Shown in pieces: positions 10,101-20,682 of a stretch of 64,000 nucleotides of DNA. The translations under genes were made by a program, and so were the position numbers. Every line of letters starts with the position of its first letter. Positions within the stretch are counted from its first letter, which is position 1. The stretch is from an uncultured Gemmatimonadaceae bacterium. Lineage in GTDB: Bacteria; Gemmatimonadota; Gemmatimonadetes; Gemmatimonadales; Gemmatimonadaceae. Under the pieces are notes generated by a model. That model was given only the letters and a program-made list of their open reading frames with translations. It ran no database searches and was not told the DNA's origin. The stretch covers positions 96,001-160,000 of the forward strand of contig CAWAGQ010000003.1 in the NCBI GenBank assembly GCA_963781585.1, read 5' to 3'.

Positions 10101-10410
10101 TCGCATCGACCGTGGACGCCGCGATGATCGACGCGGTTCCGGCAGCAACGGCCGTCACCATACCGTCGCCGTCGACCGAAGCAACCGAAGCGTTGCTCGT
10201 TGACCAGGTCACAGTCGTCGCGGCACTGCCGTTGACCACGACATCAGCCGCCAGCTGGAAATGGTCGCCAACGTGCAGCGTGGCAGCCGGCGGACTTACC
10301 GTCACGCTGACTACGCCGGCAGCCGGCTGGGTGATGGAGACGTCGTCACCGCAAGCGGCGAAGCTCACTACCGCGCCGACTGCGAGTAACGACCTGAAAA
10401 GCTTCTGCAT
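7147..10410 (-). pseudogene. Large (~1,085 codon) Ig-like (Big_2) surface/S-layer-like lipoprotein gene, interrupted in its 3' third by clustered frameshifts and an in-frame TGA (true pseudogene or consensus error)
   Basis: MQKLFRSLLAVGAVVSFAAC lipoprotein signal; Big_2-like VTWSTSNASVASVDGDGMVTAVAAGTASI; the coding-like sequence continues across ORFs 8338..10470, 7981..8292, 7349..8077 and 7147..7821; start and final stop share one frame. Confidence 0.75.
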
Positions 10411-10648
10411 TCTTTCCCCCTTCTGCAGAGTGTGAGTGTCCTGCTTGACCTGCATTGCCCGCGTTTGCACTTACTCGAACACTTTCAGCCGACTGCGTTG
10501 AATTACGATGTAGATGACCGCACAGCCGACGGCGGACGCAATGCGCCCTCCGCCGCTCTGCTCGAAAGACCCCGGCACCTTCGCCGGAGTCACCGACTCT
10601 CTGGGACACCACAGGCCCGGTATTGCCCGACCGGGCTGAAAGCGGCCC

Positions 10649-10678
10649 AAATTACAGTCCTGCTTGGAATTAGGTCAA
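10649..10678 (-). promoter_or_regulatory. Sigma-70-type promoter for the surface protein gene
   Basis: Minus strand TTGACC-N18-TAATTT, about 240 nt upstream of the ATG. Confidence 0.6.
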
Positions 10679-11163
10679 GGAAACGACGGTTACTTCGTGC
10701 CGCCTCTTCCCGCTGCGCCTCTGCTTCCAGAGCCGTGGCGCCTGGATCCGCCGCCGTCGCGTGAGGCCTGACCGCCTCCGCGCCCACGCGCAGACACCAC
10801 CGGGGACATGCCCGCGCGCGGAGCGCACTGGAGACTCGACATCGCGACGCCACCCGCTGTCCTGCGGTGGGATCGCGGCGGCGAATCTAAGGCTCCCGGG
10901 TTATCCCCGCCAGAGAAAAGTTCAACCAGCACGGAGCGCAAAGCCGGGCCATCAGAGGGAAAGCGGAGCCGAGCTCGACCGCAGCGACGTCCGCCCACAA
11001 CACTGATTCGCCCACCCCTCCCACTCCGGTTGTACCGACGAAGCGATCGTATCTGGCGTCACACATGAACTGCAACGGTCGGCGATGAGTTCTCGGCGAT
11101 CAGTAGCCAACGAATCCGCGGTAACCGATCAGCCGCCTCCGACCTTTGGCCTATATTCCCGCC

Positions 11164-13245
11164 ATGAGCGACCCGCGAGTCTACTCCCGCACCACCAGCG
11201 CGCCCTCGCCGTCCTCGTCCCGCGACCTCGCGGCCTCGCTCAATCCCGAACAGGCCGCCGCGGCAACCTTTGGCGACCAGCCACTCCTCATCGTCGCCGG
11301 GGCTGGCACCGGCAAGACCAGAACCCTGGTCTATCGGGTGGCCCACCTGGTCGACCGCGGCATCCAGCCCGAACGAATCCTGCTGCTCACCTTCACGCGA
11401 CGCGCCGCACAGGAGATGCTGACCCGGGCGGAACGCCTTGTGGGGAGTGCGAGCCGGCGGGTGCACGGGGGCACCTTCCACGCCACGGCGCACCGACTCT
11501 TGCGCCGGTTCGGCGCCGCGGCCGGCCTGGCCAGCGACTTCACCATCATGGACCAGGGCGACGCCGAGGACCTGATGCAGCTGTCGCGCTCGCAGCTGGG
11601 ACTCGCCGATACGAAGCGCCGATTCCCGAAGAAGGAATCGCTCCACTACCTCTATTCCCGCCACGTCAACACCGAGATTCCTGTCTCCGACATCCTCCAG
11701 GAGGAGTTTCCGCGCTTCGCGGAGTTCGAGCAGGACATCTCCCGCGTCTTCGCCGACTACACGCGTCGGAAGAGCGAACGAAACCTGGTGGACTATGATG
11801 ACCTCCTGGTCTTCTGGTGCTCCCTCCTCGAGAGCCCCGGGCCACTGGCGGAGCGAATCCGGCACCTGTACGACCATGTCCTGGTGGACGAGTACCAGGA
11901 CACCAACGTCCTCCAGGCGCGCATCCTCCGCGGTCTGTGCGCCGAACACCGGAACGTCACCGTGGTGGGCGACGACGCGCAAAGCATCTACTCATTTCGC
12001 GGCGCCAGCTTCCGCAACATCCTGGAATTTCCCGAGCAGTTTCCCGGAACCACGATCGTGCCGCTCGAACAGAATTACCGCTCCACGCAGCCCATCCTCG
12101 ACGTCACCAACACGCTCATCTCGCGCGCCGCCGAGCGCTACACCAAGAACCTCTGGACCCATCGTGACGGGGGTGACCGGCCATGGCTGGTGACCACGCG
12201 CGACGAACAGCAGCAGACGCGCTTCGTGGTGGAACGGATTCTCGAGCTGCACGAAGAGGGCATTCCCCTCAGGGAAATGGCGGTGTTGTTCCGCGCCGGC
12301 TACATGTCGGCCGACCTCGAGATCGAGCTCACGAACAGAGAGATTCCCTTCGAGAAGTGGGGAGGTCTCAAGTTCCTCGAAGCGGCACATGTGAAGGACA
12401 CGCTGGCGTTCCTGCGAGTCCTGGAGAACCCGCGCGACGAAGTAAGCTGGTACCGGATTCTCCTGCTGCTGCCCGGCATTGGCGACGTCACGGCGCGTGC
12501 GTGCGTGGACGCCATGGCCCGCGGAGGATGGTCGCTCGACGCGTTCCACGAGTTCGGCGCGCCGCCTCGCGCCCGCACCGCGCACGAACGCCTCGCCCAG
12601 CTCTTCCGCGAGCTGCAGAAGCGACCCTCGGAAGAAGGCGAGGTGGGCGCCGACATCGCGCGCGTTCGCGTCTTCTACGATGACATCCTGCGCGAACGAT
12701 ACGACCGCGTGGAGCCGCGCCTGGCCGACCTGGACCAGCTGCAGGTCATCGCGGGAGGATACCCCAGCCGGAGCGCCTTTCTGTCGGCCATTGCACTCGA
12801 GCCGCCGCAGGCCACCCAGGATCTCGCCGGCGGCAGCGCCGACGAGGACGACGCGCTGGTTCTCAGCACGGCGCACAGTGCCAAGGGGAAGGAATGGGAC
12901 GCGGTGTTCGTGATCTGGGCCGTGGACGGGTGGTTTCCCCTGTCGCGCGCACTGAACGACGACGATGAGACAGAAGAGGAGCGACGCCTGATGTACGTGG
13001 CGATGACCCGCGCCCGCGATCACCTCATGGTCACCTACCCGCTGAACGCCTACACCACGCGTCGTGGAGCCGACTACAGCATCGACCAGCTGTCGCGCTT
13101 CATCGACCGCGGCGTGCGAGAGCTGATGCAGCGCGTGGTGCCGAAGTTCGAGGACGAGCCGTCCGCGGAACCCGCGGTCCCCGCAACAGGGCTGGATCTG
13201 CGTGCGTTGATGCAGCGGCGTTTTGGAGGTGGGGCAAGCGCCTGA
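11164..13245 (+). CDS. UvrD/PcrA/Rep-family ATP-dependent DNA helicase
   Basis: AGAGTGKT Walker A, VDEYQD, VGDDAQSIYSFRGA, LEQNYRS, STAHSAKGKEW, EERRLMYVAMTRA. Confidence 0.95.
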   Translation: MSDPRVYSRTTSAPSPSSSRDLAASLNPEQAAAATFGDQPLLIVAGAGTGKTRTLVYRVAHLVDRGIQPERILLLTFTRRAAQEMLTRAERLVGSASRRVHGGTFHATAHRLLRRFGAAAGLASDFTIMDQGDAEDLMQLSRSQLGLADTKRRFPKKESLHYLYSRHVNTEIPVSDILQEEFPRFAEFEQDISRVFADYTRRKSERNLVDYDDLLVFWCSLLESPGPLAERIRHLYDHVLVDEYQDTNVLQARILRGLCAEHRNVTVVGDDAQSIYSFRGASFRNILEFPEQFPGTTIVPLEQNYRSTQPILDVTNTLISRAAERYTKNLWTHRDGGDRPWLVTTRDEQQQTRFVVERILELHEEGIPLREMAVLFRAGYMSADLEIELTNREIPFEKWGGLKFLEAAHVKDTLAFLRVLENPRDEVSWYRILLLLPGIGDVTARACVDAMARGGWSLDAFHEFGAPPRARTAHERLAQLFRELQKRPSEEGEVGADIARVRVFYDDILRERYDRVEPRLADLDQLQVIAGGYPSRSAFLSAIALEPPQATQDLAGGSADEDDALVLSTAHSAKGKEWDAVFVIWAVDGWFPLSRALNDDDETEEERRLMYVAMTRARDHLMVTYPLNAYTTRRGADYSIDQLSRFIDRGVRELMQRVVPKFEDEPSAEPAVPATGLDLRALMQRRFGGGASA

Positions 13246-13275
13246 TCCGGGAGGGCGGCCGCGGCGGCTCCTGCC

Positions 13276-14367
13276 CTACCCCGCAGGGAGCGGCGAGCCC
13301 AGTGACTTTCGCAGCGCCCCGAACGCATCACCACTCCCTTGGGTGACCTCACGGATTCGTGCGATGGCCGCCCGAAGATCGCCTCCGGTCCTGGTCAGAA
13401 CGGCGTCGAACAGATCCAGGTCGTGCGCATACGCGCGCCGCGCCAGGAGCACGGCGTTGTTGAGTCGAATCCTTGCCATCCGGGTCGGAGGGATCGTGCG
13501 GAGCAGCGGTGCGATGCTGTCAGCCAGTGCACGCCGTCCGCGTGCGTACACGGTGTCGCGCGCGCGAACGCGCGCCGCACTGTCCGCCGGCCACTCGGCA
13601 TAGGCCGAATCGAGGGACCGCGCCAGTGCCCGCCAGAATCCGGACATGACCTTCTCGTCGGCCCATTCCAGGTCGGCCTGTCGCGCCGCGTCGTCGTCCC
13701 CGCGCGCGCGAAAGAACGCCGCCGCGCCGCGTGCCCCGACAAACGACGCAAACGATTCGTCGAACTCCACCTGGCCTTTCAGGAACTCCGTGTTGTGCAG
13801 CAGCTCATGGATGACGGTGTTGGCCAGATCGACCGTGTCCCGCCCCAGCGCCGTAGAGAGCAAGGGATCGTTGAACCAGCCTAACGTGGAAAACGCGCTC
13901 GATGCCCCCAGGACTGTATCGAAACCGCGCCGCTCCAGATCGTCGCGCGCCTGCCTGGCCGCGTCGAAGTCGAAGTACCCTTTGTACGGCACCGACCCCA
14001 CGATCGGAAACCACCAGCGGACCGGCTCGAGCCGGTCCCGGTACGCCGCCGTGAGCACCAGGACGAGCGTGTCGTGATCCACCCTGGCGTAGGTCGTGAA
14101 GCTCTCGCCCGCTCGCAGCCCCAGATCGTCACCCGCGAAGCGCCGGGCGTCGAGCACCAGCCGGAGACGCTCTCTGATCTGCGGGGACACGCTGCTATCC
14201 GCCACCATTGCCGTGATGGAACGACGTCGCAGGAGAATGCGCGTCTCTTCCCACGCGCCACGAAGCAGGTACCGTCCGGCCGGCAGCGCCAGCACCAGCG
14301 CCACGCCGAGCGCGAACAGTCCGGCGGCCAACTGCAGCACGCGGCGGCCTAACGTGCGAAGCGTCAT
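13276..14367 (-). CDS. Putative zinc aminopeptidase (secreted or membrane-anchored)
   Basis: N-terminal TM; WWFPIVGSVPYKGYF, AFSTLGWFNDP, IHELLH...ESFA motifs. Confidence 0.8.
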   Translation of the reverse strand: MTLRTLGRRVLQLAAGLFALGVALVLALPAGRYLLRGAWEETRILLRRRSITAMVADSSVSPQIRERLRLVLDARRFAGDDLGLRAGESFTTYARVDHDTLVLVLTAAYRDRLEPVRWWFPIVGSVPYKGYFDFDAARQARDDLERRGFDTVLGASSAFSTLGWFNDPLLSTALGRDTVDLANTVIHELLHNTEFLKGQVEFDESFASFVGARGAAAFFRARGDDDAARQADLEWADEKVMSGFWRALARSLDSAYAEWPADSAARVRARDTVYARGRRALADSIAPLLRTIPPTRMARIRLNNAVLLARRAYAHDLDLFDAVLTRTGGDLRAAIARIREVTQGSGDAFGALRKSLGSPLPAG

Positions 14368-14533
14368 CTCAGATCAACCCTCGTGCGAAGGCTCGTCACG
14401 ACTCACCGCCGTTGCCGGATCTGTATCCGGCGGGAGGAAGCGAAGTGGCCACGCGCGTCAAAGCAGTATTGACTCATCGGTAAGTTACATGCTCGCAGAA
14501 CCTTACGTCGCGAGCGGAAGCGTAGAGCCCGCT

Positions 14534-14562
14534 TTGCCAGCCTGCCCCTCGACGAGTAAGTT
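14534..14562 (+). promoter_or_regulatory. Putative sigma-70 promoter giving a near-leaderless dnaE mRNA
   Basis: TTGCCA-N17-TAAGTT ending 9 nt before the dnaE ATG; no Shine-Dalgarno visible. Confidence 0.45.
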
Positions 14563-14571
14563 TGCACTCGA

Positions 14572-17500
14572 ATGTCCTTCGTCCATCTGCACTGTCATTC
14601 GGAGTATTCACTCCTCGACGGCGCCAACCGCATCGACGACCTCGTCGCGCGCGCGCTCGAGTTCGAGCAGCCTGCCCTGGCTATCACGGATCACGGCAAC
14701 CTCCACGCCGCCTGGGAGTTCCAGGAGAAGGCCAGAGCAGCGGGCCTCAAGCCGATCATCGGCATGGAGGCCTACGTCGCCCCGGGCGATCGACGGTCGC
14801 GGGTCCGTCCAGCTCCTGGCGCCAAGCCCTACTTCCATCTGGTCATCCTCGCCCGGGACGAAAAGGGATATCGCAACCTGGTCAAGCTGTCGTCGCTTGG
14901 ATTCACCGAGGGGTTCTATTCGCGCCCACGCGTGGACCGCGAACTCCTCGAGCGCTTTCGCGAGGGACTGATCGTATCGTCGGCATGCATGGCGGGTGAA
15001 ATCGCCACCCATCTGATGGCGGACCACTGGGATCTTGCCCGCGAGACCGCGAGCTGGTACGCCGAGCGCTTTCCGGATCGCTACTACCTGGAGGTGCAGG
15101 CCCACCAGAGCGAAGGACAGGCCGAGCTCAACGAACGCGTTCTCCGCCTGGCGGCCGAGACGGGACTGCCGGTCATCGCGACCAACGACTCGCATTTCCT
15201 TCGTGCCGAGGACCATGACGCCCACGACGTGCTCCTCTGCATCGGGCTCGGGAAGGACCGGGAGGAGAAGGACAGGCTCCGCTACGATCGCGGTCTCTAC
15301 TTCAAGAATGCCGACGAGGTCCGCGCGCAGTTTCCCACGCGCCGCGACGTGCTCGAGAACACGCTCCGAATCGCCGACGAGTGTGGGTTCGATCTCGAGA
15401 AGAAGTACTCGGTCCCGTCATTTCCGCTGCCCGCGGGAGTCACGAGCGAGAACGAGCTGCTCGTCCAGCTGGCGACCGAGGGCGCCAGGCAGCGCTATGG
15501 AGACCCGCTCCCGGCCGATGCGCACCAGCGGCTGGACTACGAACTGCGCGTCATCACCGAGACGGGGTACGCCGGCTACTTCCTGATCGTGGCGGATTTC
15601 ATCCGCGCCGCCAGGGAGCGCGGAATCCCGGTTGGACCGGGACGCGGGTCGTCCGCGGGATCGCTCGTCGCCTACGCCCTGGGCATCACCAACGTCTGCC
15701 CCCTTCGCTACGACCTGCTCTTCGAGCGCTTTCTCAATCCGGAGCGGGTGTCGATGCCGGATATCGACGTCGACTTCTGCTTCGAGCGGCGCGGCGAAGT
15801 GATCGACTACGTCCGCGAGAAATATGGCAAGGACGCCGTGGGGCAGATCGTCACGTTCGGCACCATGAAGTCGCGCGCCGCGATAAAGGACATCGGGCGG
15901 GTACTCGGCTTCACACCGGCCGAGACCGACGCACTGGCGAAGCTCGTCCCCAACCAGCCGAACTACTCGCTGTCGGTCAAGGGTGCCATCGAGAAGGTCG
16001 GCGAGGTGCGCAAGCTGTATGAGAACGACGACCGGTATCGGCAGCTGCTCGACTATGCGGTGAAGCTGGAGGGGCTGTCCCGCCACACCGGGGTGCACGC
16101 TGCCGGCGTGGTCATCGCTCCCGGTCCCCTGGACGACTACGTCCCCATCTGCACTCAGGAGACGAAGGGGTCCGGCGGCCGCGAGTCGGAGCGATCGCGG
16201 GATCAGGGCTCTGGCAATCGGGAACGGGCCGATCGGGCGGGAGGAAGCACGAGGGACGACCAGCGCGTCATTGTGACCCAGTACGACATGACCGCACTGG
16301 AGAAGGTGGGCATGTTGAAGATGGATTTCCTGGGTCTCACCACGCTCACGGTCATCCACGACGCCCTGCGTGCGATCGAGGAACGCAGCGGAACGACCGT
16401 CGATCTGGATGCGATCCCGTTCGAGGATCCGCCCACCTACCGCATGCTCCGGACCGGTCGCACCGTCGGTGTGTTCCAGTTCGAATCGCCGCTGGCGACG
16501 GACATCCTCCGCAACATGCGCTGCGATCGATTCGACGATCTGGTCGTTTCCAACGCCCTGATGCGACCGGGGCCGCTCGACGCCGGGATGCACCGCGTGT
16601 ACCAGCGGCGCAAGCGGGGCGACGAGCCGGTCGAGTACGCGCTCCCGGAACTCCGCCCGATTCTCGAGCCCACCTTCGGCGTGATCACGTATCAGGAACA
16701 GCTGATGCGGATTCCGCAGGTGCTGGCCGGCGTCACGCTCGGCGAGGCCGATGTGCTGCGGAAGGCGGTGGGCAAGAAGGACGCGGAGCTGGTGCGGATC
16801 GAGCTCGACAAGTTCATCGAGAAGGCGGTGGCCCGCGGACACGACCGGCGGGTCATCATCGAGATCGCGGGACAGATCGAGACGTTCGGCCGCTACGGAT
16901 TCCCCAAAGCGCATTCGGTAGCGTACTCGATCGTTTCGTATCACACGGCGTGGCTCAAGTGCCACTATCCGGCCGAATTCATGGCCGCGCTGTTGTCGTC
17001 GTCCATCGGCGACACCGATGCGGTGGTGAAGTACATCAATGAAGCGCGGGAGATAGGTCTCGAGGTCCTGGCGCCCGACGTGAACGAGTCGGGATACAAG
17101 TTCACGGTGGTCGGTGATCGACGGTTGCGCTTCGGCCTCGGGGCCATCCGGAATGTGGGTCGCGCGGCGATCGATTCGATTCTCGCCGCGCGCGCCGACC
17201 GCCCGTTCGGCTCGCTGTTTGATCTCTGCGAACGGGTGGACCTGCGGCTGTGCAACAAGCGCGTGTTCGAGGCGCTCATCTACTCGGGGGCGTTGGACAA
17301 TCTCGAGGATGGCGGACACCGGGCGCAGCAGATCGCCGCGCTCGACGCGGCGTTGCAGGAGGCGTCGCTCCGACAGGGCGAGCGCCAGAGTGGGCAGGGA
17401 TCGCTGTTCGGCAGCCCGCTGGTCGAGACGACAACCGACGCGACGCCGCCGGGCGATCCCGCCCCGCAGCTGCCCAACGTCGCCCCGCTGGCCGAGTCCG

Positions 17501-18240
17501 AACGCCTCACGCGGGAGAAGGAGATCCTCGGGTTCTACATCTCGGGCCACCCGCTGGAGCCGTACCGCGCGGAATGCGAGCTGTTCGCCACCCACTCGAT
17601 CGCGCAGCTCGGCGCCTGGACCGACGGCGGCATGACGTTAGGCGCCGTGGTCACCGCGATCCGCCGCCAGGTGAGCCGACGCTCGGGCGCTGAGTTCGCC
17701 CGGCTCATCATCGAGGACTTCACGGGCACGCTGGAGGCGCTGGTCTTCCCGGAGGCGTGGGCGGCGCTCTCCGACCGGATCCGCACCGACGTCCCGGTGC
17801 TCATCCGGGGCGGCTATTCGCGACGCGACCAGGGTGCCGAGAATCCGACCTTCATCGTGGAGTCGGTTCAGCGATTCGAGGAACTGCGCGTGAGCGGGCA
17901 GGTCGCGGTGTCGATCGAATTGACGGACGAACATCGAACGGCGCCGCCCGTTCCCAGCGCCCAGCGCGCCGGCGTCGAGCTGGACGACGACGCCGTCGCG
18001 CCGGGAGACAACGGGAGCAGGCAGCGGCTGGCGCTCTCGCCCGACATCTTTCGCGATGTCAGAGCCGTCGTCGATGCGCACCCCGGCGCCGCGCCGGTGG
18101 AACTGCGATGGTCAGACGGCAGCGGTAACCTGTCGCGCCTGCGATCCCGCACCCTCAAGATCGCCGCCAGCAGCTCGGCGCTGAACGAACTGCGCGCGCT
18201 GCTCGGCCACGAGCGGGTGCGCCTGGTACGGGGAGGCTGA
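14572..18240 (+). CDS. dnaE: DNA polymerase III alpha subunit
   Basis: FVHLHCHSEYSLLDGA PHP domain, GPGRGSSAGS, RVSMPDIDVDF, KMDFLGL, C-terminal OB fold. Confidence 0.98.
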   Translation: MSFVHLHCHSEYSLLDGANRIDDLVARALEFEQPALAITDHGNLHAAWEFQEKARAAGLKPIIGMEAYVAPGDRRSRVRPAPGAKPYFHLVILARDEKGYRNLVKLSSLGFTEGFYSRPRVDRELLERFREGLIVSSACMAGEIATHLMADHWDLARETASWYAERFPDRYYLEVQAHQSEGQAELNERVLRLAAETGLPVIATNDSHFLRAEDHDAHDVLLCIGLGKDREEKDRLRYDRGLYFKNADEVRAQFPTRRDVLENTLRIADECGFDLEKKYSVPSFPLPAGVTSENELLVQLATEGARQRYGDPLPADAHQRLDYELRVITETGYAGYFLIVADFIRAARERGIPVGPGRGSSAGSLVAYALGITNVCPLRYDLLFERFLNPERVSMPDIDVDFCFERRGEVIDYVREKYGKDAVGQIVTFGTMKSRAAIKDIGRVLGFTPAETDALAKLVPNQPNYSLSVKGAIEKVGEVRKLYENDDRYRQLLDYAVKLEGLSRHTGVHAAGVVIAPGPLDDYVPICTQETKGSGGRESERSRDQGSGNRERADRAGGSTRDDQRVIVTQYDMTALEKVGMLKMDFLGLTTLTVIHDALRAIEERSGTTVDLDAIPFEDPPTYRMLRTGRTVGVFQFESPLATDILRNMRCDRFDDLVVSNALMRPGPLDAGMHRVYQRRKRGDEPVEYALPELRPILEPTFGVITYQEQLMRIPQVLAGVTLGEADVLRKAVGKKDAELVRIELDKFIEKAVARGHDRRVIIEIAGQIETFGRYGFPKAHSVAYSIVSYHTAWLKCHYPAEFMAALLSSSIGDTDAVVKYINEAREIGLEVLAPDVNESGYKFTVVGDRRLRFGLGAIRNVGRAAIDSILAARADRPFGSLFDLCERVDLRLCNKRVFEALIYSGALDNLEDGGHRAQQIAALDAALQEASLRQGERQSGQGSLFGSPLVETTTDATPPGDPAPQLPNVAPLAESERLTREKEILGFYISGHPLEPYRAECELFATHSIAQLGAWTDGGMTLGAVVTAIRRQVSRRSGAEFARLIIEDFTGTLEALVFPEAWAALSDRIRTDVPVLIRGGYSRRDQGAENPTFIVESVQRFEELRVSGQVAVSIELTDEHRTAPPVPSAQRAGVELDDDAVAPGDNGSRQRLALSPDIFRDVRAVVDAHPGAAPVELRWSDGSGNLSRLRSRTLKIAASSSALNELRALLGHERVRLVRGG

Positions 18241-18242
18241 CC

Positions 18243-19211
18243 ATGGCGAGCACCCCAACGCTGGAGTTCGAACGGCCGATCTTCGAGCTCGAGAAGCAGA
18301 TCGACGAGCTCAAACGCCTGGCCGGCGATTCCCAGCTCCGCGTGGACGAGGAAATCGCGCCGCTGCAGCGGAAGCTCACCGAGTTGCGGCAGGAAGTGTA
18401 CCGCAACCTGACGCCGTTGCAGCGACTCCAGGTGGCCCGCAGCAGCAAGCGCCCTTTCACGCTCGACTACATCCAGCTGTGCTTCACCGATTTCATCGAG
18501 TTGCACGGGGACCGGCTCTTCCGCGACGACGCGGCCATCGTGGGCGGGTGGGCACGCCTCGACGGCGAGACCGTGATGGTGATCGGCCATCAGCGGGGGC
18601 GTGACACCAAGGAGAACCTCAGGCGCAACTTCGGGATGCCCCACCCCGAGGGATACCGAAAGGCGCTCCGGCTGATGCGACTCGCCGAGAAATTTCACGT
18701 GCCGGTCATCACGCTGATTGACACCCCGGGGGCCTGGGCCGGGCTCGGAGCCGAAGAACGGGGTCAGTCCGAGGCCATCGCCCACAACCTGCTCGAAATG
18801 AGCCGGTTGGAAGTTCCCATTCTGGCAACCGTGATCGGCGAGGGCGGTTCGGGAGGTGCCCTCGCGCTTGGCGTCGCCGACCGCGTGCTGATGATGGAGA
18901 ACGCGGTCTACTCGGTGATCACGGTCGAAGGGTGCGCGGCCATTCTGTGGAAGGACGGCAAGAGCCCCGAGATGCGGGAGCGCGCCGCGGGGGCCCTGCG
19001 AATCACCGCGAGCGATCTGCTGGATCTCAAGGTCATTGACGACATCGTACCGGAGCCGATCGGCGGCGCCCACACCAACCACGAGGTGGCGGCCCACGCC
19101 CTCAGAGACGCACTCCTGAGCCACCTCGAGGACCTGCGCAAGCTCAAGCCGGACAAGCTTGTCCGGCGACGCCGGGAGAAGTACCTGAAGATGGGACAGT
19201 GGGTGGAATAG
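18243..19211 (+). CDS. accA: Acetyl-CoA carboxylase carboxyltransferase alpha subunit
   Basis: ELHGDRLFRDD, NFGMPHPEGYRKA, IDTPGA, GEGGSGGALA; canonical dnaE-accA order. Confidence 0.97.
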   Translation: MASTPTLEFERPIFELEKQIDELKRLAGDSQLRVDEEIAPLQRKLTELRQEVYRNLTPLQRLQVARSSKRPFTLDYIQLCFTDFIELHGDRLFRDDAAIVGGWARLDGETVMVIGHQRGRDTKENLRRNFGMPHPEGYRKALRLMRLAEKFHVPVITLIDTPGAWAGLGAEERGQSEAIAHNLLEMSRLEVPILATVIGEGGSGGALALGVADRVLMMENAVYSVITVEGCAAILWKDGKSPEMRERAAGALRITASDLLDLKVIDDIVPEPIGGAHTNHEVAAHALRDALLSHLEDLRKLKPDKLVRRRREKYLKMGQWVE

Positions 19212-19506
19212 GGCGCGAACCCACATGGCACCGTCGCTCAGCATCCGGACGCCTGAACCCTGACTGAGCGCTTGACCTGACGGCAGACGCCAGACAGCTA
19301 TCAGTGAGCAGCCGTCGGTATTCACAGGCAGCGTCAGCAGCTCTCGGTTTCAGAGGACGCCGTCTCGTCAACGACCGTTGAACAGGTGGCAGGAGGAAGC
19401 TGTCTGGGGTCGCCGATCTGTCCGCTGGTCGCTGCCTCCTTCGATCCGCCGGCTCTATTTGTCCGCCGCGCGCGGGCGGCTGGACTACGACTGACAAACT
19501 GACCTG

Positions 19507-20682
19507 ATGTCTCATCTGATCGAAATCATCTTCAAGGGCAATCGAAAGGAGTTCTTTCTCTGGGAGGAAGAATCGCCTCCTCCGGTCCGCGCCCCGGTCG
19601 TCGTCGAAGCCGACCGGGGCGAGGACCTGGGGTACGTGCACGCCAACGGCGAGCTGGCCCGGAAGCGTGCGGCGGGGTGCGCGCACGGCCCAGGCGCCGA
19701 ACCCGTGACGCAGGGAGCGCGTCGGGTCGCGTCGGATGAGGACGTGCGACGCCTGGAGCAGGTGCGCGGGCAGGACGAGTCCGCGCGCCGGAGAGTCATC
19801 GAGCGGGTAAAGGCGAACGGCCTGGCAATGAAGATCACCGACGCCGAGTGGCGTTGGGACCGCCGCAAGCTCACGATCTATTTCACCGCCGAAAAGCGCG
19901 TGGACTTCCGCAATCTGGTGCGTGACCTCGCTTCGACGTTTCGAACGCGGATCGAACTCAAACAGATCGGAGTGCGCGACGAGGCCAAGCGACTGAGTGG
20001 TATAGGGCGATGCGGCCGCGAATACTGCTCGGCGTCGTGGCTGCCGGACCTGCGGCCCGTGAACCTGGGTGTGGCGAAGGACCAGCGGCTGTCGCTCAAT
20101 CCATCGCAGATCTCGGGGGCTTGTGGTCGGCTCATGTGTTGCCTCCGCTACGAGCACGAGTTCTACGTGAAGCAGCGGAAACGTTTTCCAAAGGAAGGCA
20201 GGACCGTGGTCACCAGTCACGGCGAAGAGCGGATCATGGCGAACGACATCTTCCGCGAGCGCGTGACCCTGCGCAACGCGGACGGGGAACTGCGCACGGT
20301 GCTCCTGGCGGATTTCCGCCGGGAGGTCGGCGTCGGCACCACTCAGGAGATGCCTGCCGACGAGGAGACGCCGGTGCTCGCGATGGAAGGACTCACCGAC
20401 GAGGTGATCCGGCTTCAGGATACGGCCGAACTTCCGGCCTGGCGGCCGCGCCAGCCGGCCGAGCAGGCGCCACGCCAGTTGCCCGTGGTGTCCGCCGAGC
20501 CTGACGAGTCGGAGTCGGTGGAACCGGCGGAGGTCGCGGACGAAGCGAGTGACGCCACGGCGGGACCCGCGGGGCCCGAGCGCCGCCGCCGGAGGCGCCG
20601 CGGCCGTCGCGGGGGCCGGAAGCGCGGCGATCGCCGCCCGCCCGGCGACGAAAGCTCCGGCGCCCCAGGAGCGCCTGCGTGA
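19507..20682 (+). CDS. ricT: PSP1/RicT (YaaT) family Fe-S protein with an acidic and Arg-rich C-terminal tail
   Basis: YFTAEKRVDFRNLV, RIELKQIGVRDEAK, CGREYCS, ISGACGRLMCCLRYE. Confidence 0.9.
   Translation: MSHLIEIIFKGNRKEFFLWEEESPPPVRAPVVVEADRGEDLGYVHANGELARKRAAGCAHGPGAEPVTQGARRVASDEDVRRLEQVRGQDESARRRVIERVKANGLAMKITDAEWRWDRRKLTIYFTAEKRVDFRNLVRDLASTFRTRIELKQIGVRDEAKRLSGIGRCGREYCSASWLPDLRPVNLGVAKDQRLSLNPSQISGACGRLMCCLRYEHEFYVKQRKRFPKEGRTVVTSHGEERIMANDIFRERVTLRNADGELRTVLLADFRREVGVGTTQEMPADEETPVLAMEGLTDEVIRLQDTAELPAWRPRQPAEQAPRQLPVVSAEPDESESVEPAEVADEASDATAGPAGPERRRRRRRGRRGGRKRGDRRPPGDESSGAPGAPA

Noticed and set aside
10870..10985. Possible c-di-GMP-I riboswitch (GGCGAA...CGCAAAGCCGG)
   Set aside because: Only the GCAAAGCC word matches; the P2 GNRA stem and P3 tetraloop receptor are not evident
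16168..16262. Intein in dnaE (or in lipB)
   Set aside because: Inserts are short and low-complexity and lack intein splice-junction residues
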